This document shows, in pieces, positions 9,485 through 18,638 of a DNA stretch of 52,027 nucleotides; the first letter of the stretch is position 1, and each line of letters begins with the position of its first letter. The translations under genes were made by a program, and so were the position numbers. The stretch is from Candidatus Binataceae bacterium. GTDB taxonomy: Bacteria > Desulfobacterota > Binatia > Binatales > Binataceae. The notes under the pieces were generated by a model. The model was not told where the DNA came from. It saw only the letters and a list, made by a program, of their open reading frames with translations, and searched no databases. The stretch spans positions 1 to 52,027 of the forward strand of contig JASHQJ010000178.1 in NCBI GenBank assembly GCA_030037595.1, written 5' to 3'.

Positions 9485-10103
9485 AATTGACGACGGCGGA
9501 TGGCGCCCGCGGCGCCAGCGCCGCGCACGCCATCCGCGCGAGTTCCTTCAGCCGCCGATGGAACATCGCCGGCTGCGTCACGGTCTTCTCGATTCCGCCC
9601 GCCGCCGCCATCAGCAGATCGACCAGCGCCGCGCCGTCGATTCCGCATGTGCCGGCGTCGATCTCGCCGCGATTCGTCGCCGCGTCGATCGTTTCGCGCA
9701 GGATCCGCGCGTACTTCTTTTCCGACGCGGTGAAGACATCAGCCGAGAGCCGGTTCTTCGAGTCCATCAGCTCGGCCGCGTGCGGCGAACGCTTTACCAG
9801 ATCAAAGTAAAGACCAAACTTCGCTTCCAGGATCGCCGCGAGCCGATTCTCGAGGGGCGCGTCGAGCGCCGCAGCCGCGGCGGCATCGGTCTCGACGCGT
9901 TGCGCAAGACTCTCGCAGAGCGCGCGAAAAATTTCTTCCTTGCTCTTGAAGCTTAGATAAACCGTGCCCTTGGCGATCTCCGCCTCTCGTGCGATGTCGT
10001 CGATCGAGGTGCGCCGATAGCCGTACTGGCTAAATAGTTTCTGCGCAGCCTCCAGGATCGCCGCGCGCTTGGCTTTCGGCGCACCTCGTTCGCGTTGGAT
10101 CAT
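9483..10103 (-). CDS. TetR/AcrR family transcriptional regulator
   Basis: N-terminal HTH ILEAAQKLFSQYGYRRTSIDDIAREAEIAKGTVYLSFKSKEEIF. Confidence 0.93.
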   Translation of the reverse strand: MIQRERGAPKAKRAAILEAAQKLFSQYGYRRTSIDDIAREAEIAKGTVYLSFKSKEEIFRALCESLAQRVETDAAAAAALDAPLENRLAAILEAKFGLYFDLVKRSPHAAELMDSKNRLSADVFTASEKKYARILRETIDAATNRGEIDAGTCGIDGAALVDLLMAAAGGIEKTVTQPAMFHRRLKELARMACAALAPRAPSAVVN

Positions 10104-10927
10104 GCGGGCAATTGTAGCTGGCGCTGCGGCCTCACAACCATCTCGAAGATGTTGAGTTCGATCGGCTGCCTCACGGCATAGACTACCGCGCGGGCGACGT
10201 CGTCGGCTGAGGCGAGGAACAACTTGCCGGCCTTTGCGACCTGGTCGATTATCTCAGGCGGCATCTGCTCGCCTTGCTTGAAGTCGGCCTTGAGGCCCAG
10301 CGACGAAACGATTCCCTGCACGAATTCGGGCGGGAAATTGCGCGCGAAGTTGGTCGCCGTCGCGCCGGGCATGATGTTCACGACGCGGATCGAGTCGCCC
10401 TCGAGTTCCTTGCGCAGCGAGGTTGCAATCGAATTCACCGCCCACTTGGTTGAACCGTAAACGCCCGACGCTTCTGTCCGCCCCGCCACCGACGAGATAT
10501 TTACGATGTGCCCGTGGGCGCGGCAAGCACGCATCGCGCGGATCGCCGCCTGCGACCCGACCAGTAGCGAGAGCACGTTGACCTCGAGCATCTCGCGCCA
10601 TCGCTCCGGGTCGCCCTCGATTATCGAGCTTGGATATTCGAGCCCCGCGTTGTTGACCATAATGTCGAGCCGCCCGGTCTCCTTCGCCGCCCGCGCGATG
10701 AAATCCTGCAATGCCTTCACGTCGCGGATATCGAACGCGTGCGTCGTCGCCTTGCCCCCGAGCTTGTCGGCTTCGTGGGCGACTTCATCGAGCGAGGACT
10801 TGGTGCGGCCCGTGATGAAGATGTGCGCGCCCGCCTCGGTAAGGCGAAACGCGATTGCACGCCCGATTCCGCTCGAGGCGCCAGTGACGATCGCGGTGCG
10901 GCCCGAAAGTGCTTTTGCTTCTGCCAT
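10100..10927 (-). CDS. Short-chain dehydrogenase/reductase
   Basis: TGASSGIG, NNAG and YGSTK motifs; 4-nt overlap with the TetR gene. Confidence 0.93.
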   Translation of the reverse strand: MAEAKALSGRTAIVTGASSGIGRAIAFRLTEAGAHIFITGRTKSSLDEVAHEADKLGGKATTHAFDIRDVKALQDFIARAAKETGRLDIMVNNAGLEYPSSIIEGDPERWREMLEVNVLSLLVGSQAAIRAMRACRAHGHIVNISSVAGRTEASGVYGSTKWAVNSIATSLRKELEGDSIRVVNIMPGATATNFARNFPPEFVQGIVSSLGLKADFKQGEQMPPEIIDQVAKAGKLFLASADDVARAVVYAVRQPIELNIFEMVVRPQRQLQLPA

Positions 10928-10950
10928 GACCCTTGACCTCCGTGACTGAT

Positions 10951-10974
10951 TGACCGATTAAAATTAATCGGTCA
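10951..10974. promoter_or_regulatory. Palindromic TetR-type operator
   Basis: Perfect inverted repeat TGACCGATTAA-AA-TTAATCGGTCA just upstream of the SDR-TetR operon. Confidence 0.75.
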
Positions 10975-11115
10975 TCAGGTCTAACACGGCTGGAAGCGTG
11001 AGAGAAGAAGAAATCTTCGCGTCCGCTTGAGATCGCTTCGAGCGCCCCTTAGGTTCAGGATGGTTTGGCCTCGAAGGCGGCGTCCATGCATTTTGCCGCC
11101 TTGCGGAGCCGCATT

Positions 11116-11394
11116 ATGCCGCTACGAACGAAAATCGAATGCCCCAAGTGCGAGGCCGACCTCGTAGTCAAACGCGGCGGTGTATGTCCCAACTGCGGCG
11201 CGCCTATCAACGAGCACGTTGCGCGGGTGCGCGCGCGCGAGCGGCGAATCGAGCAGATAGTCGCGATCGTCGCGACCCTGCTGGTGCTGGGACTTTATCT
11301 TGTGACCAGCGGCTTCAGTTTAGTCGAGGGAATTGCTGTATATGCGGCCGCAGGCGGCGCGATGTACTTGCTCGCGCGGCGAACCTTTGTCTGA
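11116..11394 (+). CDS. Small zinc-ribbon membrane protein (hypothetical)
   Basis: CPKC...CPNC followed by two hydrophobic segments; GGAG upstream of ATG 11116. Confidence 0.7.
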   Translation: MPLRTKIECPKCEADLVVKRGGVCPNCGAPINEHVARVRARERRIEQIVAIVATLLVLGLYLVTSGFSLVEGIAVYAAAGGAMYLLARRTFV

Positions 11395-11540
11395 GCGCGT
11401 GCTAATCCTGCGCTGCTGGCCAATTCTTAATCTTCACCTTTTGGTTGGCGTCTATGCCGTTCCTGTAACGCCGTCGTTGCTCACGACGTATCTGAATCCG
11501 GGAAGGATGGTGCAAAGGCGGAAATTTTGGCGCGCTGAGG

Positions 11541-11557
11541 CTGGCATCGCAAATGCT
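11541..11557 (+). promoter_or_regulatory. sigma54 (-24/-12) promoter
   Basis: CTGGCATCGCAAATGCT has exact GG-N10-GC spacing with TGGCA and TGC boxes, about 30 bp upstream of a start with an AGGAGGG RBS. Confidence 0.6.
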
Positions 11558-11588
11558 CATGCATCGTGAGACCAGGAGGGTCGGGCAC

Positions 11589-12506
11589 ATGAAGTCCAGG
11601 CAGAGGCTGATGTCCGCAGTGGTCGCCACGCTCGCGGTTTTCGTTGTTCCGCTAAGCGCCTGGGCGAAGAATCACAACAACAACTACACGAGCTATCGTT
11701 CGGCGGCCCCGAGCAGCACGCGAACCTTCAACACGCGCGCGAACAACTACACCGCGTTCAAGTCGACGTCCGGGACCTCGAGCTTCTTCCATCAGGCCGC
11801 ATCGAGCCTCTTCGGCGGACCTGCGAATCGCGGCCCCCTCTGGAACTCAACCGCTGTCAACACGCCGGCACGTTACTATGGGACGTCCCGGGCCTATACC
11901 AACTATGCAACGAGCTACGCCGCCGCTCCTTCAAGGCCGGTCTATTACGGCAACTACAGCGGATATCCCAACTACAGCGCATATCCCACGGCCTACGCTG
12001 CCGCGCCGTATAGCGGCTATGCCGCGCCATACTCCGGTTACGCGGCGCCGGCCACCGGATATGCGGCTCCATATGCATACGGCGGCGGCCCGTGCGGCAA
12101 TCCTTACAAGGCTGAAAAGCACCAGTACAACTTCACCAAGTTGATGAACGAGCGCCAGAATCTCAAGTCGGAGATCGCGCAGTCGAGCGCCTACGGCAAC
12201 TGGTCGAACGCGCATCGGCTGAACACGCAGCTCGAGTACGTCAACGAGCAGCTCGGCAACTTTAACCATACGTGTGGTGCGACCGCGGGTTATATGACGG
12301 CGCCGGCCACGGCATACATGGCGGCGCCCGCGATGGCTCCCACGACCTACTACGGCAGCGGCTACGGCTATAACGGCTACAATCGCTACAACGGTTACAA
12401 CAACGGCTACAACAACAACTACGGCGGCTACAACAGCTACGGCACGCCGTACGGTGGTGGCGGCTTGACCTCAATGCTGCCGCTGCTCGGCAACTTCATC
12501 CACTAA
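11589..12506 (+). CDS. Secreted Tyr/Gly/Asn/Ala-rich low-complexity protein
   Basis: Signal peptide MKSRQRLMSAVVATLAVFVVPLSAWA, YAAP and YNG repeats, strong RBS, downstream terminator. Confidence 0.85.
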   Translation: MKSRQRLMSAVVATLAVFVVPLSAWAKNHNNNYTSYRSAAPSSTRTFNTRANNYTAFKSTSGTSSFFHQAASSLFGGPANRGPLWNSTAVNTPARYYGTSRAYTNYATSYAAAPSRPVYYGNYSGYPNYSAYPTAYAAAPYSGYAAPYSGYAAPATGYAAPYAYGGGPCGNPYKAEKHQYNFTKLMNERQNLKSEIAQSSAYGNWSNAHRLNTQLEYVNEQLGNFNHTCGATAGYMTAPATAYMAAPAMAPTTYYGSGYGYNGYNRYNGYNNGYNNNYGGYNSYGTPYGGGGLTSMLPLLGNFIH

Positions 12507-12515
12507 GGTCGGTTC

Positions 12516-12572
12516 CCCGCTCTCAGAGCGGGCGGGCGCCCGTGTTCTCCCGGCCGGGCGCCCGTTCCTTTT
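12516..12572 (+). terminator. Rho-independent terminator (double hairpin)
   Basis: CCCGCTC-TCA-GAGCGGG hairpin, then CGGGCGCCCG...CGGGCGCCCG hairpin followed by TTCCTTTT. Confidence 0.6.
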
Positions 12573-13574
12573 CTAGGCGGCAGCGAGTTTTTCAATCGCG
12601 CTTAAGATTTTCTTTCGGCGCTCCTCGGGCGTCGGCGCGAATGACGAGAACTGCAGCGCCGTGGTCGTAATTCCGCCGCGCGCGTAATCCTCGAGCCGCC
12701 GCTTGCATTTCGCGGCGTTGCCGATGACGAAAATGTGCTCGACCATCTCGTCCGTGACCGCGTCCAGAGCCTTCTTGCGGTCGCCCGCATTCCACGCGTC
12801 GATCGCGGTCCCGGCCTCGTTCTCGAAGCCGATCTCGCGGAAGAACTTGTTGTACTGCGGCACCGTGACGTACGCGGTGAGCGAGCGCTTGAAGATGGTC
12901 CGCACCGTGCCCTCGTCCTCGTCAAGCGCGAGCATGATGCGGCAGGCGACGTCGAGCGTCGCCGGGTCCTTGCCCACGGAGCGCATGCCTTCGCGCGTAT
13001 GCTCGAGCATCGCGGGGAGAGTTTCGGGCGTGACGAAATTAACGATCAGCCCGTCGCCGATCTCGCCTGCGATCCGAAGCATCTTCGAGCCCTGCGCGCC
13101 GATGTAAATAGGCGGCGGCGTGTCGTATGGGATATCGATCCGAAAGCCGTTGATATGCACCATCTCGCCGTTGAAGGTGACTTTCTCGCCTTTGAAGATC
13201 TGGCGAATCGCGGCGACCGTTTCCTTCATCATCGTTACGGGTTTGCGAAACGGCACGCCCATCCAGCCCTGCATGATATTCGGCGTCGAGATGCCTAGGC
13301 CCAGGATAAAGCGGCCGCCGGAGAGCTGGTTGGTGGTGATCGCCGACATCGCAATCAGCGGCGCGGGGCGCGAGAAAACGGGCACGATCGCAGAGCCGAA
13401 GCGGAGCTTCGTCGTGACCATCGAGGCCGCGGCGATCGGATTGAACGCGTCTGCCCCGAATGATTCGTAAGACCACGCATCGGTGTAGCCGCATCGTTCA
13501 GCGGTACGCGCGAGCTCGGCGATATGGGGATTTTGAAAAGGTTCGTGCGGAATTGTGATTCCAGGTCGCATCAT
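12573..13574 (-). CDS. LLM-class (luciferase-like) oxidoreductase, probably F420/flavin-dependent
   Basis: AERCGYTDAWSYE, SGGRFILGLG, PPIYIGAQGSKMLRIAGEIGDG. Start moved to MMRPG. Confidence 0.85.
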   Translation of the reverse strand: MMRPGITIPHEPFQNPHIAELARTAERCGYTDAWSYESFGADAFNPIAAASMVTTKLRFGSAIVPVFSRPAPLIAMSAITTNQLSGGRFILGLGISTPNIMQGWMGVPFRKPVTMMKETVAAIRQIFKGEKVTFNGEMVHINGFRIDIPYDTPPPIYIGAQGSKMLRIAGEIGDGLIVNFVTPETLPAMLEHTREGMRSVGKDPATLDVACRIMLALDEDEGTVRTIFKRSLTAYVTVPQYNKFFREIGFENEAGTAIDAWNAGDRKKALDAVTDEMVEHIFVIGNAAKCKRRLEDYARGGITTTALQFSSFAPTPEERRKKILSAIEKLAAA

Positions 13575-13660
13575 CGGATGTTTCCTCTCTCGGCCTCGGA
13601 ACTTAGCGCAACGCGCGCGCAGTCGCACAGCGGAGTGCCGCGCCTCCAGTTGACGGACCG

Positions 13661-16543
13661 TCAGGACGAAGCGGCCGAGGCTCGTGCGTTGAGCGCCTCC
13701 GCGAGATGCATCACGCGACGCGTCGGCAAGAAGTGGCGCACCTGCGAGCGGCATGAGAAGCCGTCGGCGATTACGATCGTGTCGGGCGGGGTCATTTCAA
13801 TTGCGGGGATCAGCACGCGGCGCGCGAGCGTGCGCGAAACTTCATAGTGCTCGCGATCATAACCAAATGCACCCGCCATCCCGCAGCACCCGGCGTCGAG
13901 CACATCGCAGTGTAGGTCCGGCAGCTTCGAGATGATCGAGACCTCGCTCTCGATTCCGGCGAGCGCTTTCTGATGACAATGTCCATGCAGCAGCGCGAAG
14001 CCTTTGATCGCATCGGCGGCAAACTCGATTCCTTCACGCGCGAGAAATTCGTCAAGCATCAGAGCGTTTGCCGCGATCGATTTCGCGGAAGGGTCCTCCG
14101 GGAAGAGCGAGGGCATCTCGTCGCGAAAGGTGAGGAGACAACTCGGCTCGAGACCGACGATCGGAGTGCCGCGCGCGGCGACGGATCCGAGCACATCGAT
14201 AATATCGCGCAGGCGCGCGCGCGCCCGATCGAGCATGCCCTGGTCATAGAGCGGCCGTCCGCAGCACAGGTCACGTGCTGGAATCGTCACGCGCAAGCCG
14301 GCTCGCTCGAGCAGCTCGACCGCGGCGATCGCGACTTCGGGCTCGAAGAAATTGTTGAAGGTGTCAGGAAAGAGCATCACCTCGCGCGACGCGTTCGCGC
14401 TGGCGGATCTTCGCGAGGCGAACCACGATCTGAAAGTCTGTCTCGCGAAGCGCGGAATCTGCCGCGCACGATGAATGCCGAGCACGCGCTTTCCAACCCT
14501 GCCGAGCATCGGCCCGCTCGCGAGCGAATTGGCAAGAGCCGGCGCGCGCTCCGCGACTCGCGCGGCCTCGTGCAGATGGCCGAAGAACCACGACGCGAGC
14601 GAGCGCGGATGCGTTCGGTAATAGTTGGCGAAGAACTCGGCGCGATAGGCGGCCATGTCGATCGACGACGGGCATTCGCTCTTGCACGCCTTGCACGAGA
14701 GGCAGAGATCGAGAGATTCCTTCAGCGCCTCGTCGCCGAACCCGGCCGGCAGCAGATCGGTTGACAGCGCCTCCAGGAGCAGCCGCGCGCGCCCGCGCGT
14801 CGAATGCTTTTCGTCGCGCGTCGCCATGTACGACGGGCACATCGTGGCCGCCTCGGTCTTGCGGCACTTGCCGATCCCGACGCACTTGAGCGCGGCGCCC
14901 GCGATTCCGCCCTCTTCGGCGAGGTCGAAGTGGGTCGTGACGCTGCGCGGCCAGAACTTCGCTCCGAGCTTCAGGTGCGAGTCGAGGGGATGCGGATCGA
15001 CGATCACGCCCGGGTTCATCATGCGGTCGGGATCGAACGCGAGCTTGAATGAGCGGAACGCGTCGATGAGATCCGGCTTGAACATCATCGGCAGGAGTTC
15101 CGAGCGCGCGATTCCGTCGCCATGCTCGCCCGAGATCGAGCCTCCTAGCTCCGTGACCAGCGCTCCGATTTCTTCCATCGCCGCGCGAAACGTCGCGATG
15201 CCTTTTTCCGCCGCGAGATCGAAGCTGATGCGCGCGTGGACGCATCCTTCGCCGAAATGTCCGTAGTAGGTCGAGATCGTGAGCCCATGGCGCGCGAGAA
15301 TCGAATCGAAACCGCGGAGATATTCGCCGAGGCGTGCGGGCGGCACGGCGCAATCCTCGGCGCCCGGCCACGTGCGCGGCCGTCCTTTGAAGTAAGCGCC
15401 TGAGCCGAGGCCGGACTCGCGGATGCGCCAGACGCCGGTCTGCTCACGTGTGTCGGTGAGGAGTGTCGTACCCGTGCATTCGCTGATTCGCTCGGCGTGC
15501 GCGATCATTCGCGCCGCGCGGTCGTTCGCCTCGGCGGCACTCGCGCCGCCGAGTTCGGCGATCAAAAAGGCGTTGCCTGCCGGGAGCAGATTAACCGCGG
15601 GCATCCGCTTGATGCGCGCGAAGTCGGGCAGTTGATGGTCGAACCCCTCGAGCGCTTCGGGATTATGGTCGAGCAACCAGGGCATTTGATCGGCGGCGCG
15701 AAACACGTCCCCGAATCCGAGCACGACCATCGCGGTTTGCTTGGGCCGCGGCACCGCGCTTACCCATGCTCGCGTCGTCAAGGCGAGCGTGCCCTCGGAG
15801 CCGACGATCGCGCGCGCGACATTGAAGTTCGCCTCGGGCAGAAGCTGATCGAGGTTGTAGCCGGAGACGCGGCGCGGGAGCTTGGGAAAATTCGCGCGCA
15901 CCGAATCGGAGGTGCGATCGCGCAGATCGCGGAGCTTCGCGTAGACGTCGCCCTCGCGGCCGCCGCGCGCGATCGCCGCCGCGAGTTCGTCAGCGCTCAT
16001 CGCGCCGCCGAAATGCATCCGCGTGCCGTCATAGAGAATCACGTCGAGCGCGGCGAGATTGTCCACGGTCTTGCCGTAGGCCGCAGAATGCGCGCCGCAC
16101 GAGTTGTTGCCGATCATACCGCCGAGCGTGCAGCGATCTTTGGTCGAGGGATCGGGCGCGAAGAAAAGGCCGTGCGGCGCGAGCGCCGAATCGAGCGCGC
16201 TCTGCACGCATCCAGGTTCGACCTGGGCGATGCGGCGCTCGGCGTCGATGCTCACGACGCGGTTCATGTACTTCGAGAAGTCGATCACGATCGCGGCGTT
16301 GCAGCATTGGCCGCCGAGCGCAGTGCCGCCGCCGCGGGCGAGTATCGGCATCTGATTTTCGCGCGCGACCGCGATCGCTGCGGCGACGTCACCCTCGTGG
16401 CGTGGGATCACGACGCCGATCGGCACCTGGCGATAGTTTGATGCGTCAGTCGCGTAAACGGCGCGCGTGCCTGCATCGAAGCGGACCTCGCCCTCGATTC
16501 GAGCGCGCAGGTACTTCTCGACGGCGGCGGTGGTCTGGTTCAC
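13661..16543 (-). CDS. FAD-binding, Fe-S D-2-hydroxyacid dehydrogenase-like protein (YdiJ/GlcD-GlcF fusion type)
   Basis: RGGGT FAD motif, GEHGDG, CVGIGKC/CLSCKACKSECP ferredoxin motifs, CCG domains. Confidence 0.9.
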   Translation of the reverse strand: MNQTTAAVEKYLRARIEGEVRFDAGTRAVYATDASNYRQVPIGVVIPRHEGDVAAAIAVARENQMPILARGGGTALGGQCCNAAIVIDFSKYMNRVVSIDAERRIAQVEPGCVQSALDSALAPHGLFFAPDPSTKDRCTLGGMIGNNSCGAHSAAYGKTVDNLAALDVILYDGTRMHFGGAMSADELAAAIARGGREGDVYAKLRDLRDRTSDSVRANFPKLPRRVSGYNLDQLLPEANFNVARAIVGSEGTLALTTRAWVSAVPRPKQTAMVVLGFGDVFRAADQMPWLLDHNPEALEGFDHQLPDFARIKRMPAVNLLPAGNAFLIAELGGASAAEANDRAARMIAHAERISECTGTTLLTDTREQTGVWRIRESGLGSGAYFKGRPRTWPGAEDCAVPPARLGEYLRGFDSILARHGLTISTYYGHFGEGCVHARISFDLAAEKGIATFRAAMEEIGALVTELGGSISGEHGDGIARSELLPMMFKPDLIDAFRSFKLAFDPDRMMNPGVIVDPHPLDSHLKLGAKFWPRSVTTHFDLAEEGGIAGAALKCVGIGKCRKTEAATMCPSYMATRDEKHSTRGRARLLLEALSTDLLPAGFGDEALKESLDLCLSCKACKSECPSSIDMAAYRAEFFANYYRTHPRSLASWFFGHLHEAARVAERAPALANSLASGPMLGRVGKRVLGIHRARQIPRFARQTFRSWFASRRSASANASREVMLFPDTFNNFFEPEVAIAAVELLERAGLRVTIPARDLCCGRPLYDQGMLDRARARLRDIIDVLGSVAARGTPIVGLEPSCLLTFRDEMPSLFPEDPSAKSIAANALMLDEFLAREGIEFAADAIKGFALLHGHCHQKALAGIESEVSIISKLPDLHCDVLDAGCCGMAGAFGYDREHYEVSRTLARRVLIPAIEMTPPDTIVIADGFSCRSQVRHFLPTRRVMHLAEALNARASAASS

Positions 16544-16588
16544 CGCACTGATTCTATTCCGACGGCGACAAAATGAAGAAGTCGGGTT

Positions 16589-17836
16589 CTAGATATCCTT
16601 CATGCCGGGCTTCGGAGCGCCGACCAGCGCGACCATCTTGCCCTCGGGCGCGCGGTTTTCCTGCATCGCCTGGTGGCATTCCGGAATTTCCTCGAAGCGG
16701 TACGTCTTCGCGAGGCAAGGATCGATCTTGCCGTCGAGAACTAACTGGTTGAACGCGTACGACTGTTCGTCGTTGGCGAAGTGCGAGCCCTGAAGGCGCT
16801 TCTGGCGCATCCAGAGGTAGCGTAGGTCGGCGACGGCATTGTAGCCGGTCGTGCCGGCGCAGATTACGACCATCCCGCCCGTGTCGCAGACGAAAACCGA
16901 CGTCGGAATCGTGTCTTCCCCCGGGTGCTCGAAGACGAGACGCGGACTCTTGCGCTCGCCGACGATATCCCAAATCGCTTTGCCGAAGGCACGGCACTCA
17001 GCGGCCCACTTGTTGTAGGAGTCGGTGTCTTTCCAGTGAGGCATCATGCCCCAGTGGAGATATTTCTTGCGGTTGATGATCCCTTTGGCGCCGAGCTTCA
17101 CGCAGAAATCGATCTTGCGATCGTCACCGACGACGCCGACCGGGATGCCTCCTTCAGCCTTGACAATCTGGATCGCCATGCATCCGAGACCGCCCGACGC
17201 GCCCCAGATGAGCACGACGTCGCCCTTGCGAATCGTATGCGGCGGCCATCCCATCAGCATGCGGAAGGCGGTCGCGCCGACCAGGGTCGGAGCGGCGGCT
17301 TCTTCCCACGTGAGATGCTTCGCCTTGGGCATACACTGATGCCCCTGCACCTTGGCGAATTGTGCGAAGCTGCCCCAATTGGTTTCGTAGCCCCAGATTT
17401 TGAACGACGGGTCGTACATCGGATCGTCGCCGTTGCGCTCGGCGTAGCAGTCGGGATCCCACACCCCGCAGTGGATGACGACGTGATCGCCCACCTTTAC
17501 GTTCTTCACGCCGGCGCCCGCCGCGTACACGATTCCCGAGGCGTCGCTGCCGCCGATGTGGAAATCCGATGAGTCGTACTTCGATTTTTGCCGCGCCGCG
17601 ATCACGTTGACGGGCGAGCCAAGCGCCGCCCACACGTTGTTAAAATTGACCCCCGCCGCCATCACGTAGACCAGCACCTCGTCGGGCTTGATCGGCGGAA
17701 CTGCGATACGCTCAACCTGGAACGCTCGCTTCGGCTCGCCGAAACGCTCGGCGCGAATGACCTGCGCCCACATCTCCTTCGGCACCTGGCCGATGGGGGG
17801 AACTTCGCCGATTTCGTAGCGGTCCTTCTTGGTCAT
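16589..17836 (-). CDS. ccr: Crotonyl-CoA carboxylase/reductase
   Basis: [68 protein letters not shown]. Confidence 0.95.
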   Translation of the reverse strand: MTKKDRYEIGEVPPIGQVPKEMWAQVIRAERFGEPKRAFQVERIAVPPIKPDEVLVYVMAAGVNFNNVWAALGSPVNVIAARQKSKYDSSDFHIGGSDASGIVYAAGAGVKNVKVGDHVVIHCGVWDPDCYAERNGDDPMYDPSFKIWGYETNWGSFAQFAKVQGHQCMPKAKHLTWEEAAAPTLVGATAFRMLMGWPPHTIRKGDVVLIWGASGGLGCMAIQIVKAEGGIPVGVVGDDRKIDFCVKLGAKGIINRKKYLHWGMMPHWKDTDSYNKWAAECRAFGKAIWDIVGERKSPRLVFEHPGEDTIPTSVFVCDTGGMVVICAGTTGYNAVADLRYLWMRQKRLQGSHFANDEQSYAFNQLVLDGKIDPCLAKTYRFEEIPECHQAMQENRAPEGKMVALVGAPKPGMKDI

Positions 17837-18158
17837 CCTTGATCAGTTACCACCCGCGCGGGCGCGTCGAGGCCGCGGCGGATTGGCTCCGGTCTGATTT
17901 CGATTGCGGGCGTCAAAGGGGCGACGCAACTAGCTACCTGTTTATTGAGCATTTGACAATAAGCACCTTCCAGTCGTTAGGCTGGAGACTCCCTATGCCC
18001 GAGGTTCGGTTGACGCGTGCCATGAATTCCATAATAAACGGTCTCACCCCCGGCCGTTCGGCGCCAGACGAAATCGCATTGCGGCCCCTTGAGTCATCGC
18101 GTCGTATGAGGAGCCGGGCTAATATCCGGAGTCACCAAAAGAAGCCAGGCTAATTCAT

Positions 18159-18626
18159 ATGGCGGAGCGAAGAATCGAGCGTGGCCATTATTTCGAGGAT
18201 TTTCAGATAGGCCACGTCTTCAAGCATCACTGGGGCCGCACCATCACCGAGGGTGACAACAGCTTCTTCACCTCGGTCACGATGAACTTCAACCCCATCT
18301 ACTTTAATCGCGAGTATGCGCAGAGCCTCGGCTACAAGAACGTCGTCGTCAATCATATGCTCGTGATGAACGTGGTGTTCGGGCTCTCCGTCGAGGATCT
18401 GAGCGAGCGCGCTATCGCCCACCTAGGCTACGAGCAGATGAAATTCGGCGAGACGGTTTATCCGGGCGACACGATCACCTCCGAGTCGATCGTGCTCTCC
18501 AAGCGCGATACCTCGCGCCCCGACCGCGGCGTCGTCAAGTTCCGCACCACAGGCTACAACCAGCACGGGGACAAGGTGCTCGAGTACGAGCGGCCGGTGC
18601 TGATCCGCAAACGCAATCCCGCTTAG
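18159..18626 (+). CDS. MaoC-like hotdog protein resembling the N-terminal half of mesaconyl-CoA hydratase
   Basis: GHYFEDF...GRTITEGD...VFGLSVEDLS..AIAHLGY...VYPGDT...VLEYERPVLIRKR; ccr/mcl context. Confidence 0.8.
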   Translation: MAERRIERGHYFEDFQIGHVFKHHWGRTITEGDNSFFTSVTMNFNPIYFNREYAQSLGYKNVVVNHMLVMNVVFGLSVEDLSERAIAHLGYEQMKFGETVYPGDTITSESIVLSKRDTSRPDRGVVKFRTTGYNQHGDKVLEYERPVLIRKRNPA

Positions 18627-18638
18627 GAGCAATTCACG

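Noticed and set aside
11940..12450. Short tandem repeats as a CRISPR array or VNTR
   Set aside because: They are in-frame, codon-degenerate repeats encoding YAAP/YNG peptides; no repeat-spacer structure and no cas genes.
17839..18153. 104-aa ORF and sigma70 promoter candidates in the ccr-maoC intergenic region
   Set aside because: The ORF has no motifs and fills a divergent control region. The TTGACA/TTGACG hexamers have non-canonical spacing (19 and 14 bp) to the nearest -10-like boxes.
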